A DNA stretch of 64,000 nt from a virus. The translations under genes were made by a program, and so were the position numbers. The notes below the pieces were generated by a model. The model worked only from the letters and a program-made list of their open reading frames with translations, was not told the DNA's origin and did no database searches. Below, in pieces: positions 9,998-19,159 of this stretch (positions are counted from its first letter, which is position 1; every line of letters begins with the position of its first letter). Where the stretch lies: the IMG/VR virus record IMGVR_UViG_3300045921_000146, positions 33,515 to 97,514 of that record. The stretch is one strand, 5' to 3'.

Positions 9998-10472
9998 ATG
10001 CTCTTTTTATTGCATTTTTAATGTCTAATTGAAAATTTTCATAGCTGTTAGCTACTCTACCTAAAAAAGAAGGGTGATAAGTAGGTACTACAAAGTAACC
10101 TTCCAAAGTGGGTCTTGCGACTCCTCTCTCTGTTGTTATTTTGATGTTTTGTCCTAGTAAAGCTTCAGTAGCGACTCTTCCTAGAGTAACTACTACTTCA
10201 GGTTTAATTAAAGCTAGTTCAGCTCTAAGTAGTGGTAGGAATTGTTGTACTTCTGAGTCTGTGGGAGTTCTGTTTTCTGGAGGTCTAAATTTAACTACAT
10301 TAGTAAGGTAGACTTGATCTCGAAATACTCCATAACTCATAAGAGTTTCTAGTAGAATACTACCGGATCTACCTACAAAAGGTTTGCCGCAAATTTCCTC
10401 CTGCTCTCCAGGGGCTTCGCCTACAAATACTATTTTAGACTTAAGATTGCCTTCGCCGTTAATTAGTTTCAT
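9984..10472 (-). CDS. uracil-DNA glycosylase, family 4-like
   Basis: VGEAPG..E...GKPFVGRSG, YLTNVVKFRPPENRTP, PTYHPS. Confidence 0.9.
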   Translation of the reverse strand: MKLINGEGNLKSKIVFVGEAPGEQEEICGKPFVGRSGSILLETLMSYGVFRDQVYLTNVVKFRPPENRTPTDSEVQQFLPLLRAELALIKPEVVVTLGRVATEALLGQNIKITTERGVARPTLEGYFVVPTYHPSFLGRVANSYENFQLDIKNAIKRAYGQR

Positions 10473-10698
10473 TTTTGTTTACCTGCTCCAATAAATCTTC
10501 TAAACACATTTTACACGCTTTATGAAATAGTAATTTATCTTTCAGTACAGCTAATTTACTTAATTCTTTTATATCTGGAGATTTGCCCGATGTCAAGTTT
10601 TTTTGTTTTCCGTCCATATTAGCTTGAACCAACATCAATTCTTTTTCGTGCTCGGCAATGTTATTCTTAATAATTTTAATTATTTTAGCCATTTCCAT
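10459..10698 (-). CDS. hypothetical protein
   Basis: GAGG RBS inside the upstream gene. Confidence 0.55.
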   Translation of the reverse strand: MEMAKIIKIIKNNIAEHEKELMLVQANMDGKQKNLTSGKSPDIKELSKLAVLKDKLLFHKACKMCLEDLLEQVNKNETN

Positions 10699-11197
10699 AT
10701 AATACCTCTAAAACTTGAGCTTTTTCAGGCCATTTATGTTTTGCTAAAGTTATACATACCTCTTTAAAAAAATTAGACTCTTCCATACTATCTTCGGTAG
10801 GAGCTATATTCAAGGAATAACTTAAAGTTCCTAGCATATAAAAACCGTCCTCGCCCTTGGCGGCGGAAATTATAGAGTGTACGCAAGATTGAAACAAATG
10901 GAAAAAACCCGTCTCCATTGCAGAAAATTTAGCTCCTAACTCTTCTAATATAGCTAAATCTTTAGTTTTTAGGTAGTTTTCACAGTAATGTGAAACTTCT
11001 TTCATAGCGTTTGAGTACGATCTAAATTGAGATTTCTTAAATATACTTAATAAGATAGTAAATCTTTGCTCTGGCGACAGGGACAATAATAATTTGTGGG
11101 CCGCCTCTTCGTAACGACCCTCCTTGTAAGTTTTCATTAAACTATCAAAATCTTCCCTTTTAGTTTTGTTTTTAAGAACTTGTAGTGCCTTATTCAT
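10685..11197 (-). CDS. hypothetical protein, C-terminal VLYG motif
   Basis: 170 aa, ends EVLYGNG. Confidence 0.6.
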   Translation of the reverse strand: MNKALQVLKNKTKREDFDSLMKTYKEGRYEEAAHKLLLSLSPEQRFTILLSIFKKSQFRSYSNAMKEVSHYCENYLKTKDLAILEELGAKFSAMETGFFHLFQSCVHSIISAAKGEDGFYMLGTLSYSLNIAPTEDSMEESNFFKEVCITLAKHKWPEKAQVLEVLYGNG

Positions 11198-12081
11198 TCA
11201 GACCTCAAAACTTCTGGTATAGAGTAAATAATCTCTGTTTTACCTGCAACTTTAACTTTTTTAACAAACTTATGCCAAGTAACGTTATGTTTTTTAAATA
11301 TAGTATTAACTTTTTCGGAAACAGTGCTGGGACTCAGGTTATATAATTTAGAAACTTCTGTCAAAGTTTTTTTATCTACATACATTTTGTTGAGTAAGTC
11401 TAGGTGTTTGGGTTTTAATTGATGACCTTTTTCAGTCAAAAATTTTCTAACTGCCGCAAATTGGCTCAATCTAGTGAGACTAGAGTAGAAAACATAGGTA
11501 GCATCTTTTTGATTATACAACCCTTCTTCTTTAGCTATAGTTGCGAAGTCTTTTTGCAGGTGTAATCTTTTTTTTACTATTCTTTGTTTTTCTTCTGTTA
11601 GTACGTCCCAAGGCACTTCTTGATCTGTTATGGTGGGTATAGTAAAAGAAGGGTTTTCATCTACATGGGGGTCTAAATTTTCTACTAAAACTACTTCTAC
11701 TTCAGGTTTTTTCCACCTATTTATAAAGTCATTAACTTGACTACAAGTTGCAGTACATTTTTTAACGATTGGGCAAGTATCGCAATTAGACAGGTATAAC
11801 TCGTTATCCTTTATTGTGTGCGTTTCTTTAAGCTTTTCTAAGTAGGGGGCGGCTGTTTCAGATTTCCAAGGTAAAGGGCGGCCCATACACTCTTTACCAA
11901 TGCACACAAACCTCTTAGGGCACTCGTCGTAACTTTCTCCGTAGTGAAAGTTAGCCTCTTCTCGAATCTTAGCTAGTACCTTATTCTGGTCGTCGCCAGT
12001 AATAAATTTAGCCCAAGGAGGCTTAGTACACGCCGCAGGTTTGAATTTAATTTTAAAGTCTTTCTCTTTCATTACAACCAA
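11194..12081 (-). CDS. Cys-rich protein with two sigma-region-4-like HTH repeats; putative transcription factor
   Basis: LTEEKQRIV...KDFATIAKEEG and LKPKHLDLL..MY.DKKTLTEVSKLYNLSPSTVSEKV; N-terminal Cys clusters. Confidence 0.55.
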   Translation of the reverse strand: MVVMKEKDFKIKFKPAACTKPPWAKFITGDDQNKVLAKIREEANFHYGESYDECPKRFVCIGKECMGRPLPWKSETAAPYLEKLKETHTIKDNELYLSNCDTCPIVKKCTATCSQVNDFINRWKKPEVEVVLVENLDPHVDENPSFTIPTITDQEVPWDVLTEEKQRIVKKRLHLQKDFATIAKEEGLYNQKDATYVFYSSLTRLSQFAAVRKFLTEKGHQLKPKHLDLLNKMYVDKKTLTEVSKLYNLSPSTVSEKVNTIFKKHNVTWHKFVKKVKVAGKTEIIYSIPEVLRSE

Positions 12082-12617
12082 CGCAATACGTCTTTACGGT
12101 ATTTTTCTGCATACTCCTGAGTGCTTGAGTGATATCTGGTCCACCAATATTTTTCTTTGCTACCATAAACTCTTTTGTAGGTTCTAAGTATTTTAATAGT
12201 CTGTTCCACGCTGTACTCTAAATCGTTAATTAATCTGTAAGGGTGTAAGTCATAAGCCACTATAGTCTTGTAATTAATTTGACCTATACCAAAATCTCTA
12301 CAAGTATTACCTTCAAAGTATATTAGTCGCTCTAAACCTTTGTTATCAGGTATGTTTACTTCTACTAGACCTTCAGTACAGTTCTTCGCTTTATGATTGT
12401 AAGTAGATTCTTGCATAAAAATAGCAGAAACTAGAAAAGGGTTTATTTCATAGTGAGCAGCTCTACGCCTAATAATAGAAGCTAATTCTTTAGCATAGTT
12501 TTTATTAATTTTGGGATTATTCTTTAAAATGTGGCAATATACTGGAAATTTTTGGCAATCTTCTGCTTGAAGTAGGCCTACTGTAAATAAGCTGAGTATT
12601 AGATTAAGCATAATCAC
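12072..12617 (-). CDS. lytic transglycosylase (SLT domain) with N-terminal signal/anchor
   Basis: LVSAIFMQESTY, DFGIGQIN, RYHS motifs; hydrophobic N-terminus. Confidence 0.85.
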   Translation of the reverse strand: MIMLNLILSLFTVGLLQAEDCQKFPVYCHILKNNPKINKNYAKELASIIRRRAAHYEINPFLVSAIFMQESTYNHKAKNCTEGLVEVNIPDNKGLERLIYFEGNTCRDFGIGQINYKTIVAYDLHPYRLINDLEYSVEQTIKILRTYKRVYGSKEKYWWTRYHSSTQEYAEKYRKDVLRWL

Positions 12618-13098
12618 TCCAATCGGGAGCCTTTCTCCCCGTCCATTGAGGGGGTCTAGCGTCAGTGGACCACCTTGCGTTTAAATACAGCTTATAAGCG
12701 TCTGTAACAGGCGAAATTAATTTGAAGTTAAACCCCTTTCCTTGGTGGGCGGCACAGTTAGCAAAGGTCGTCAGAGGGCCTTCTGGTAAGTTTAAGCGCA
12801 TTTCTAGTAGTTGTTTTAATATGTCGTCGCACTTATGCACCTTACCGTATCGAAAAGTATATTCTTCTGACAAAGCCTTGCCATGAAGCCATAGCCAAGT
12901 CCAATTAGCTCTAGTTTCTCGACACCAAACATTTGAAGGGTGGTTCTTATGAGTACTTTTATAGGGAGCTTTTCCGCCATTTTCGTTAATAGCCGTAGAA
13001 AGCATTTGGCAAGTCTCTAAGACCATCTTCACGACTCTTTTGTCGTCGAGACTTATAGCAGCTTTATGAGGGTCGGTGTCCGTAAAAAATATGTTCAT
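12604..13098 (-). CDS. pyrimidine dimer DNA glycosylase-like protein
   Basis: MNIFFTD.DP..AA..LDDKRVVKMVLETCQMLS, HKNHPSNVW, EYTFRYGKVH. Confidence 0.8.
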   Translation of the reverse strand: MNIFFTDTDPHKAAISLDDKRVVKMVLETCQMLSTAINENGGKAPYKSTHKNHPSNVWCRETRANWTWLWLHGKALSEEYTFRYGKVHKCDDILKQLLEMRLNLPEGPLTTFANCAAHQGKGFNFKLISPVTDAYKLYLNARWSTDARPPQWTGRKAPDWSDYA

Positions 13099-13421
13099 CC
13101 TTCTATTCCATACAGTATTTTAACTGTTGTCAAGTCTTTATCTTTTAAGCTTACAAAGTTAGTATGTTTCCATCCATTACTTTGATTTTGGTCGTCTTTT
13201 TTAATGGGCACTAAGTTCTGCCAAGCCAAGTCTAGGCCTGTTTTATTTTTTATTATTTTAGCTAACTCTTGTTTGCAACCGTTAAAATATTTTCCCCCTA
13301 CAACATAAGTTTTTCCTTTAGTAAAACTTCCCCCATTAAAGCTAATTTCATTACTCTCTGTTTCTAAGCACAAAACTAAATCGCCTCTTTTTAAGTCTAG
13401 TAAATCTTGTAAAGTCATCAT
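13095..13421 (-). CDS. small hypothetical protein, C-terminal ILYG motif
   Basis: LKRGDLVLC...FTKGKTY; ends KILYGIEG. Confidence 0.6.
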   Translation of the reverse strand: MMTLQDLLDLKRGDLVLCLETESNEISFNGGSFTKGKTYVVGGKYFNGCKQELAKIIKNKTGLDLAWQNLVPIKKDDQNQSNGWKHTNFVSLKDKDLTTVKILYGIEG

Positions 13422-13426
13422 CAGTA

Positions 13427-13993
13427 TTATACCTCGTCTGGTATAGTAATAATAGGTATTACTACTTTTTTAGCGTTTTTGCGCCACTTAGTTAAGTATT
13501 GGCCTTTATAGTACCATAAATCAACTTCTCCAAGTATTTCTTCTTCAGTTAAATTTCTACCTAATTGCCTTTCTATTCTCTTAGTAAAAAGAGGGTCGGG
13601 CAGCCTCGATTTATTAGAGGCTATGGGAGGGTATAGCCTGTTAGTGTAGCCACAATGGGTAAGCCCAGTGCCGCCACTTTCAATCGAAACTGCCCAACGC
13701 CAGTAAAGTTCTTGAAATTTATCTTTATCTGACAAAGTATTCATTATTTGATCTTTAGTTTGGTCGTCTGCTTCGTGGTACACTTTACAAAGATTCTCCC
13801 AAGTTTTAAGTAAAGATCCGTCACAATCTAATGCTCCTACTTCATCCACATACAAATTAGAGCCGCACTCTGGACATTTAGCAGTAGCTCGTTTCTTGTT
13901 AAAGTTCTTAGCCTTCTTATGAGGCTTTAGAACTTTAACGGTAACTTGCTGACCGTTAATTTCTTCTATGTATCGACTCAGTTTTTTTCCCAC
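13427..13993 (-). CDS. hypothetical protein with Zn-ribbon
   Basis: CPECG motif; GTG start. Confidence 0.55.
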   Translation of the reverse strand: MGKKLSRYIEEINGQQVTVKVLKPHKKAKNFNKKRATAKCPECGSNLYVDEVGALDCDGSLLKTWENLCKVYHEADDQTKDQIMNTLSDKDKFQELYWRWAVSIESGGTGLTHCGYTNRLYPPIASNKSRLPDPLFTKRIERQLGRNLTEEEILGEVDLWYYKGQYLTKWRKNAKKVVIPIITIPDEV

Positions 13994-13998
13994 AACTA

Positions 13999-15393
13999 CT
14001 ACCTACGGACTTTTTTAGTTACTTCAATCTCTGTTTTAGATCCCCAAGACCAATTAAAGTTTTTAGCATAACTTTTTAGCACAGCCCACATAACAGGATA
14101 ACGAGGCTTTTCAATATCTGAAGAAGACTCCCAACATCCGCCGTCAGTTAAATAGATTAAGCCATCGACGTCCATTTTGTTATTTTTAATGTGCTCGAAC
14201 ACTGGAGCAAATCGAGTGCCTCCTCTACCTTTAACTTGAATTTTCTTTCTTGGGTCAAAATCGTAAACAGCTTGGACTTCTGCGTCACACTCAATAACAG
14301 TAACTTTAACATTTAATTTATGGATTCTATCAATTTCAGCGATGAATTGAGCCAACTCTTCGTCATTTACTGAGCCTGAAGTGTCGATAGCGACTGCTAG
14401 GTGCATTACTGGTAATTTTTGTAGTCCTGGGTAAAGGATACCGTACCTACGATTTCTACGTTTTCTGGTAGACTCTACGAGTATTTCAATTTGTCTAGCT
14501 ACAAATCTTTGCAAGTCTTGTCTCCAGTCTTTGGGTACATGATTAAGAGCTTCTATAGCAGCTTGAACATCGGCAGGTAAATTTCCAATAGCTCTCTGGT
14601 CAGTTTGCTCTACAGCCTTATTAACTACTTCTTTTACTTTTGCTGTAATTTCTTCTTCGCTAGCGTTACCTTGGTGCCACATACTATGGTCGTCAAGTAA
14701 CATACCTTGACCTTGACCACTTTGAGGATTTTTTTCATTTTCTTGACACAAAATCTCATAATAGTACTCAGTGTTTTGTCTGTTCTTAACGCCCTTGATC
14801 TGTTTCTTAAGTTCATCAACTAAAAGGCAGCCAGTTTGAATAGCTTTTCCAGCATTAGGATTAGCTATTTTTTTTGTCGGGTCTTTGGGGTCTTGCATTT
14901 CTTTGTCGTGAACTATAGGATTGCCTTCTTTGTCGAAAATTTTAAAATTCTTAGGTAAATTTGGCAAGTACTCATTGATTGCATAATCTGCCGCTTTATT
15001 AAGCGTACTAGCGTTCATAGCATCTTCAATTTTACTACTGATAGATTTAGGATTTTTCTCATCATAAATTTGCGGCTCTAGGTCTCGAAAACGGACAAAA
15101 TGGTTCATAATTACATGGTGACATTCGTGTTTCAATACTTCTACTCTTTCTTTTAATGTCAATGAACAAAAGAAGTAGGGATTAACAATAAGCGCAATCT
15201 GGTCTCCAGACATTTCCGTACCTGGAGGCATAACTCCTAAAGTGGGAATATCAGTAGTGAACATTCTTTTCATATTAAGCATTAAGTTAGCATAAAAAGG
15301 CTCAGAAAATACCAACTCCATCATAGTCTCTTCAAGAACGTCTTGTGGGTCTTGCTTAATGTCTTGTTCTTCTACTTTCTTTTTCTTTGCCAC
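13999..15393 (-). CDS. HExxH metallopeptidase plus vWA domain protein (DUF2201-like)
   Basis: LKHECHH, NKAADYAIN, MIDAS AIDTSGS, GRGGTRF, YLTDG. Confidence 0.85.
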   Translation of the reverse strand: MAKKKKVEEQDIKQDPQDVLEETMMELVFSEPFYANLMLNMKRMFTTDIPTLGVMPPGTEMSGDQIALIVNPYFFCSLTLKERVEVLKHECHHVIMNHFVRFRDLEPQIYDEKNPKSISSKIEDAMNASTLNKAADYAINEYLPNLPKNFKIFDKEGNPIVHDKEMQDPKDPTKKIANPNAGKAIQTGCLLVDELKKQIKGVKNRQNTEYYYEILCQENEKNPQSGQGQGMLLDDHSMWHQGNASEEEITAKVKEVVNKAVEQTDQRAIGNLPADVQAAIEALNHVPKDWRQDLQRFVARQIEILVESTRKRRNRRYGILYPGLQKLPVMHLAVAIDTSGSVNDEELAQFIAEIDRIHKLNVKVTVIECDAEVQAVYDFDPRKKIQVKGRGGTRFAPVFEHIKNNKMDVDGLIYLTDGGCWESSSDIEKPRYPVMWAVLKSYAKNFNWSWGSKTEIEVTKKVRR

Positions 15394-15421
15394 AAATCCT
15401 CCCAGATTGGCATTTTATTTC

Positions 15422-15450
15422 AATATAAACCCTTTTCTAAAAATTGTCAA
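15422..15450 (-). promoter_or_regulatory. sigma70-type promoter for the vWA gene and downstream operon
   Basis: TTGACA-17 nt-TATATT on minus strand. Confidence 0.65.
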
Positions 15451-15477
15451 ATTAGGCGGCCACATTAGGCCGCCCTC
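15451..15477 (-). terminator. stem-loop after the AAA+ gene
   Basis: GGCGGCC-taatgt-GGCCGCC hairpin, short T run. Confidence 0.5.
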
Positions 15478-15482
15478 AATAA

Positions 15483-16571
15483 TTAATTAATACCTTCAAT
15501 TTCCAATTTACGAGCATCAGCAAACAATTTAAGAAGTTCTTTGCTTTCTTCAATAACTTTGCGTGCAGACTCTTCCATGTAAAGTTCACGGCACAAGGCG
15601 AAAGCTAAATCTTTGGGGATAGCCAACAAGAATTGTCCCAAATTATCTTTTTCTGAAGCTTCAAACTGTTTACCGTTTTGAGTGTACTGTTGAGCCAACT
15701 CAAGAATAGAGTCGCTAGTATATTTAAGCATATCAATACGACCTCCAGTTTTAGCGTTAGAATACTTTTTAATGCGAGCCTTCACATTTTCAAAATTTTC
15801 CACGACTTCTCTAGCCGTGATAGGTTTGTCTTCGCTTTCCAAAGATTTAAGGTATGCTGTGCCAGCCGTTGTGCCTACAAGTCCGCAAATAAGGTCTCTA
15901 CGCAAGTGGACAGGCAGTTTGGCCTTCATAAGCTTGTCTACAGCCTCCCAAGACCGACGAGAAGGGGTCACGCCAAGGTCGTAGGCTTCCAACTCTCCCT
16001 GAAGCATTGCAGGTTGTTCAGAAATGAACTGCACGATAGAAGGGTCAAAACCTTTCTTTTTTGCGTAAGAAAGCCACTCTGTTTTGGAGGGAGCCAATTT
16101 AATCTGACAAAAGCGATCCAAAAAAGCTCGGTCAGAAATATCTGTTACTACATAGTCTTGGGTAGAAGGGTTGGCCGCAGCAATAACTGACCAACCTTTA
16201 GGCAACTTATATTCGTGAAGGCGTTTATCCAATACCAGTTGAAATACAGCTTGCAATACGTCACGGCGGCCACGGTTGATTTCATCAAGAAAAATAACAC
16301 CTTGCGACTCTGGGTCTGTAGGAAACCAAGTAGGCTGCATGAATTTAGTAGCTACTTTTTCTCCTCGCTCATTGACTTTAAAGTCGGCAAGACCTAACAA
16401 GTCTCCAACGTCTTGAGTACCAAGGCGCAAGTCAACAAAGCCTAGTTGATTTTCGTCGCAATACTGCCGAACAGCTTGAGACTTACCCACTCCATGATGC
16501 CCCCATACCAGTACAGCTACTCCAGTTTCTCGGATGAAAGGCAAGCTTTCTTTAAATTGGTTGATATTCAT
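15483..16571 (-). CDS. MoxR-like AAA+ ATPase
   Basis: WGHHGVGKS, DLLGL, IFLDEINR, AAANP, AFLDRF, PSRRSW. Confidence 0.9.
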   Translation of the reverse strand: MNINQFKESLPFIRETGVAVLVWGHHGVGKSQAVRQYCDENQLGFVDLRLGTQDVGDLLGLADFKVNERGEKVATKFMQPTWFPTDPESQGVIFLDEINRGRRDVLQAVFQLVLDKRLHEYKLPKGWSVIAAANPSTQDYVVTDISDRAFLDRFCQIKLAPSKTEWLSYAKKKGFDPSIVQFISEQPAMLQGELEAYDLGVTPSRRSWEAVDKLMKAKLPVHLRRDLICGLVGTTAGTAYLKSLESEDKPITAREVVENFENVKARIKKYSNAKTGGRIDMLKYTSDSILELAQQYTQNGKQFEASEKDNLGQFLLAIPKDLAFALCRELYMEESARKVIEESKELLKLFADARKLEIEGIN

Positions 16572-16601
16572 TATTCCTCCCTATTAGTTAATTTTTAATT
16601 A

Positions 16602-17471
16602 TTACTTTACTTGTTCTTCTTTGTCAACTTGTTCAAGGTATCCCATTCTATACCATCTACTCAAATCAGTAGCAGGTTTTATGCCAAAACTTTCTAATTG
16701 TGATTTCAATACGTTAGGCTTAGGACTGCGAACTATTTCTGTCAACTTTTTAGCCGCTTGTGCGTCACAAATGCCGAATCTAAGGTTTTGTGCTGAAGCT
16801 AGAAACTTAGCAAACTGTTCATTAGTGGCATTTTTTGGTAACTTTTTTCCCCAGAAATATTCAATAAGGAAGGCTATAGAATGCTTATAGTTAGAAAATA
16901 TATTTCGTTTTAGGCTTCCTTCAGAAAAAGGAGACCCCCAAGAACCTCTATAGCCGCCCTTTACTGCATTAAGGACACCCTCATTAATTTTAGAGCCAAA
17001 TACTTTATTTAAAACTTCTTCTGGAGTACCCCCTAACAAATTATTAAAATACTCAGTTCTAGCTTGCTCATCTCTGGTACGAGTAATAGTCATAGTCATA
17101 TTAACTTGTTTAGGAAAAGAATTACTGTTACCTAAAAGTTTAAAAAGTATTTCATTAAAACTTATAGACTTAAATTCTGTTCCACTACCCTCCAGTAAAT
17201 ATTTCTCACCATTCATCAAAACTTCGGATTTAACAAACTCACATTTAGAGTCTATTAAGAAGTGCTCAGGTAGGTAGGAGGTTAACATTGGATTTTGATT
17301 TAGAAACGGAGCATTGGATGTGTAGCTAAATCCGCCCCAACTTAAACGTAATTCAAGGTCAGTAGAAATAGTGGTTGTGTTAGACAAATCCGCATCTAAC
17401 AGTTGTTCAGAATTGTAAGGCACTTGCAACAAATTCATCATGTCTATTTTATTTTTAAGTTCTTCAGTCAA
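16602..17471 (-). CDS. hypothetical protein
   Basis: 289 aa, TTG start with GGAGG RBS. Confidence 0.6.
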   Translation of the reverse strand: MTEELKNKIDMMNLLQVPYNSEQLLDADLSNTTTISTDLELRLSWGGFSYTSNAPFLNQNPMLTSYLPEHFLIDSKCEFVKSEVLMNGEKYLLEGSGTEFKSISFNEILFKLLGNSNSFPKQVNMTMTITRTRDEQARTEYFNNLLGGTPEEVLNKVFGSKINEGVLNAVKGGYRGSWGSPFSEGSLKRNIFSNYKHSIAFLIEYFWGKKLPKNATNEQFAKFLASAQNLRFGICDAQAAKKLTEIVRSPKPNVLKSQLESFGIKPATDLSRWYRMGYLEQVDKEEQVK

Positions 17472-17550
17472 GTGAGACCTCCCTAGTATTATTTTAATAT
17501 ATATAATAAATTTTATATTGTGTATACTAATATTAATTTATATTATATAT

Positions 17551-17589
17551 AATAAGTAATAAAAATTTATTTAATTTTTATTACTTATT
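17551..17589. repeat. perfect 17-bp inverted repeat in an AT-rich island
   Basis: AATAAGTAATAAAAATT-tattt-AATTTTTATTACTTATT. Confidence 0.9.
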
Positions 17590-17690
17590 TATACTATACT
17601 TATGTATTATTTAAAAGCAATTTATATACCATACATAAGTATTTAATAACACTGGTGTCGCCCAAAATATATAGATTAATATTTTTACAC

Positions 17691-17719
17691 TTGACATTAT
17701 TTTTTTGACAGAGTACAGT
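17691..17719 (+). promoter_or_regulatory. sigma70-type promoter
   Basis: TTGACA-17 nt-TACAGT upstream of the lone plus-strand gene. Confidence 0.55.
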
Positions 17720-17749
17720 TTAAGTAACCCAATCCGGATGGAGGTCGTT

Positions 17750-17974
17750 ATGAGTAAAAATAAGTTCGAGTTTGACGTTTTCTTTGACATCGCAGATCGC
17801 AATGGCACTAAGTTATTGGTGGATAACTACGGCTATATTTGCGGCGTTTATAGGTCTTTTAAAGAAGCTAAACAGGCAATGAAACCTATTCGTAGGAATA
17901 TTGTGGCAGAGTTTAAGAAACGAAAAAAATTGGGGAAGTCACTCCCCAATCCAATCAAACTGAGCCGCAGTTAA
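17750..17974 (+). CDS. small basic hypothetical protein (start revised to MSKNKF)
   Basis: GGAGG RBS before ATG 17750, own promoter. Confidence 0.65.
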   Translation: MSKNKFEFDVFFDIADRNGTKLLVDNYGYICGVYRSFKEAKQAMKPIRRNIVAEFKKRKKLGKSLPNPIKLSRS

Positions 17975-18181
17975 AGTTTTCTTTACTTGCGGCGTAAGAA
18001 CGTCTAAAGTAGTTTGAGAGGTACATTGCTTAACAATTCGTACCTCTTGAACTTCTTCAGTAATGCGCATACTCTTAACATATTTTCTGGCTTTAGACAG
18101 TTTATCGTAAGTAGTGTCTAAACTACCGTTAATAAGTACAGCGTACATAGTCTCTACAACTTTAGGAGCGTATTTTTTCAT
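17939..18181 (-). CDS. hypothetical protein
   Basis: Last gene of a minus-strand run. Confidence 0.55.
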   Translation of the reverse strand: MKKYAPKVVETMYAVLINGSLDTTYDKLSKARKYVKSMRITEEVQEVRIVKQCTSQTTLDVLTPQVKKTLTAAQFDWIGE

Positions 18182-18386
18182 TTACCACCAACCTATCGTG
18201 AGCAAACAAAGTAGGATAAGTAATCCTCTCTAAATTTTTAAGGTCAAACAATTCGTAACTATTACCATAAATAGGATGGTCAGGTACTTGTTGTAAGACC
18301 ATAAAACTTTCCGAGGAAAAGAACTTCTTAGCAGTTTGTTTGACAACTAAGAATTGATTAGGTTTAAAATTAAACACTCTTTCCAT
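18162..18386 (-). CDS. small hypothetical protein
   Basis: GGAGG RBS in the upstream gene. Confidence 0.55.
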   Translation of the reverse strand: MERVFNFKPNQFLVVKQTAKKFFSSESFMVLQQVPDHPIYGNSYELFDLKNLERITYPTLFAHDRLVVNEKIRS

Positions 18387-18612
18387 AAAGAACCTCCGCT
18401 ACATCCTTACGAGTAATTATAGCGCATTTGTCTTCAAGCTTACTTTCATAGTAACGCTTCCACTCGTCGTTAGAACCCTTATTGCTAGTAGGATTCATAA
18501 CCTTGAGAGTGTATAAATTTTGATTTTTAACAAAATCTACAGCGTCAACAAATAAAAATACTTTTTGTTCTTTGTGAAACAGAATGTCTGAAACTTTATA
18601 TTTACTCTTCAT
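18370..18612 (-). CDS. small beta-rich protein, C-terminal VLYG motif
   Basis: KYKVSDILF...EVLYGKSV. Confidence 0.6.
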   Translation of the reverse strand: MKSKYKVSDILFHKEQKVFLFVDAVDFVKNQNLYTLKVMNPTSNKGSNDEWKRYYESKLEDKCAIITRKDVAEVLYGKSV

Positions 18613-18769
18613 TATCGTTCTCCTCTGTAATTTCTTTAGTTAAAAAAATTTCATTTTCTAGTTCTTCTAATTTACGCTCAATGTCGTAATATTCCTCACC
18701 TTCAGCTTCAATAAGCATAAAACACAACATTTCTCTTTCTGAAATTAATTCTTGTAAATCTTTAATCAT
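18602..18769 (-). CDS. acidic 55-aa hypothetical protein
   Basis: Not in ORF track; AGGAG RBS; MIKDLQELISERE... Confidence 0.55.
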   Translation of the reverse strand: MIKDLQELISEREMLCFMLIEAEGEEYYDIERKLEELENEIFLTKEITEENDNEE

Positions 18770-18798
18770 ATTTTCTCCTAATAATTTTTTATATTGTT

Positions 18799-19158
18799 TT
18801 ATTGTTTATAGTAACAGTTTTCAGGTTCGTGCAAATAACTGAAAACGATAGTTTTTGGAAATTTTAAATTTAAAAAAGTATTCATACGACTCTTAGAGCA
18901 ATCTAAAGTATAGTGCGGCATTTTAACCAATTCAGCACGCTCAAAAGCCACTACCTTACAGTCAAACTTAGCCTGGTCTACTACATAGTTATGGTCTACA
19001 GTCTCCAATAGAACAGGAAATTCGCATATCAAGTTACTACCTATCTTCCAACTTAACTCACTAGGTTCGTTTTTAAGGGACTCTTGGTAGTTAAGGTAGT
19101 GCAGGTACAAGCCCACAGAAAAACTTGCGACTATAGCTAAATCCCACATAAATTTCAT
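18799..19158 (-). CDS. membrane-anchored hypothetical protein
   Basis: N-terminal TM helix, 4 Cys. Confidence 0.55.
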   Translation of the reverse strand: MKFMWDLAIVASFSVGLYLHYLNYQESLKNEPSELSWKIGSNLICEFPVLLETVDHNYVVDQAKFDCKVVAFERAELVKMPHYTLDCSKSRMNTFLNLKFPKTIVFSYLHEPENCYYKQ

Positions 19159-19159
19159 A

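Noticed and set aside
15483-16571. AAA+ protein as the sigma54 enhancer-binding activator
   Set aside because: No GAFTGA loop or DNA-binding HTH; motifs and vWA neighbour fit the MoxR-like class
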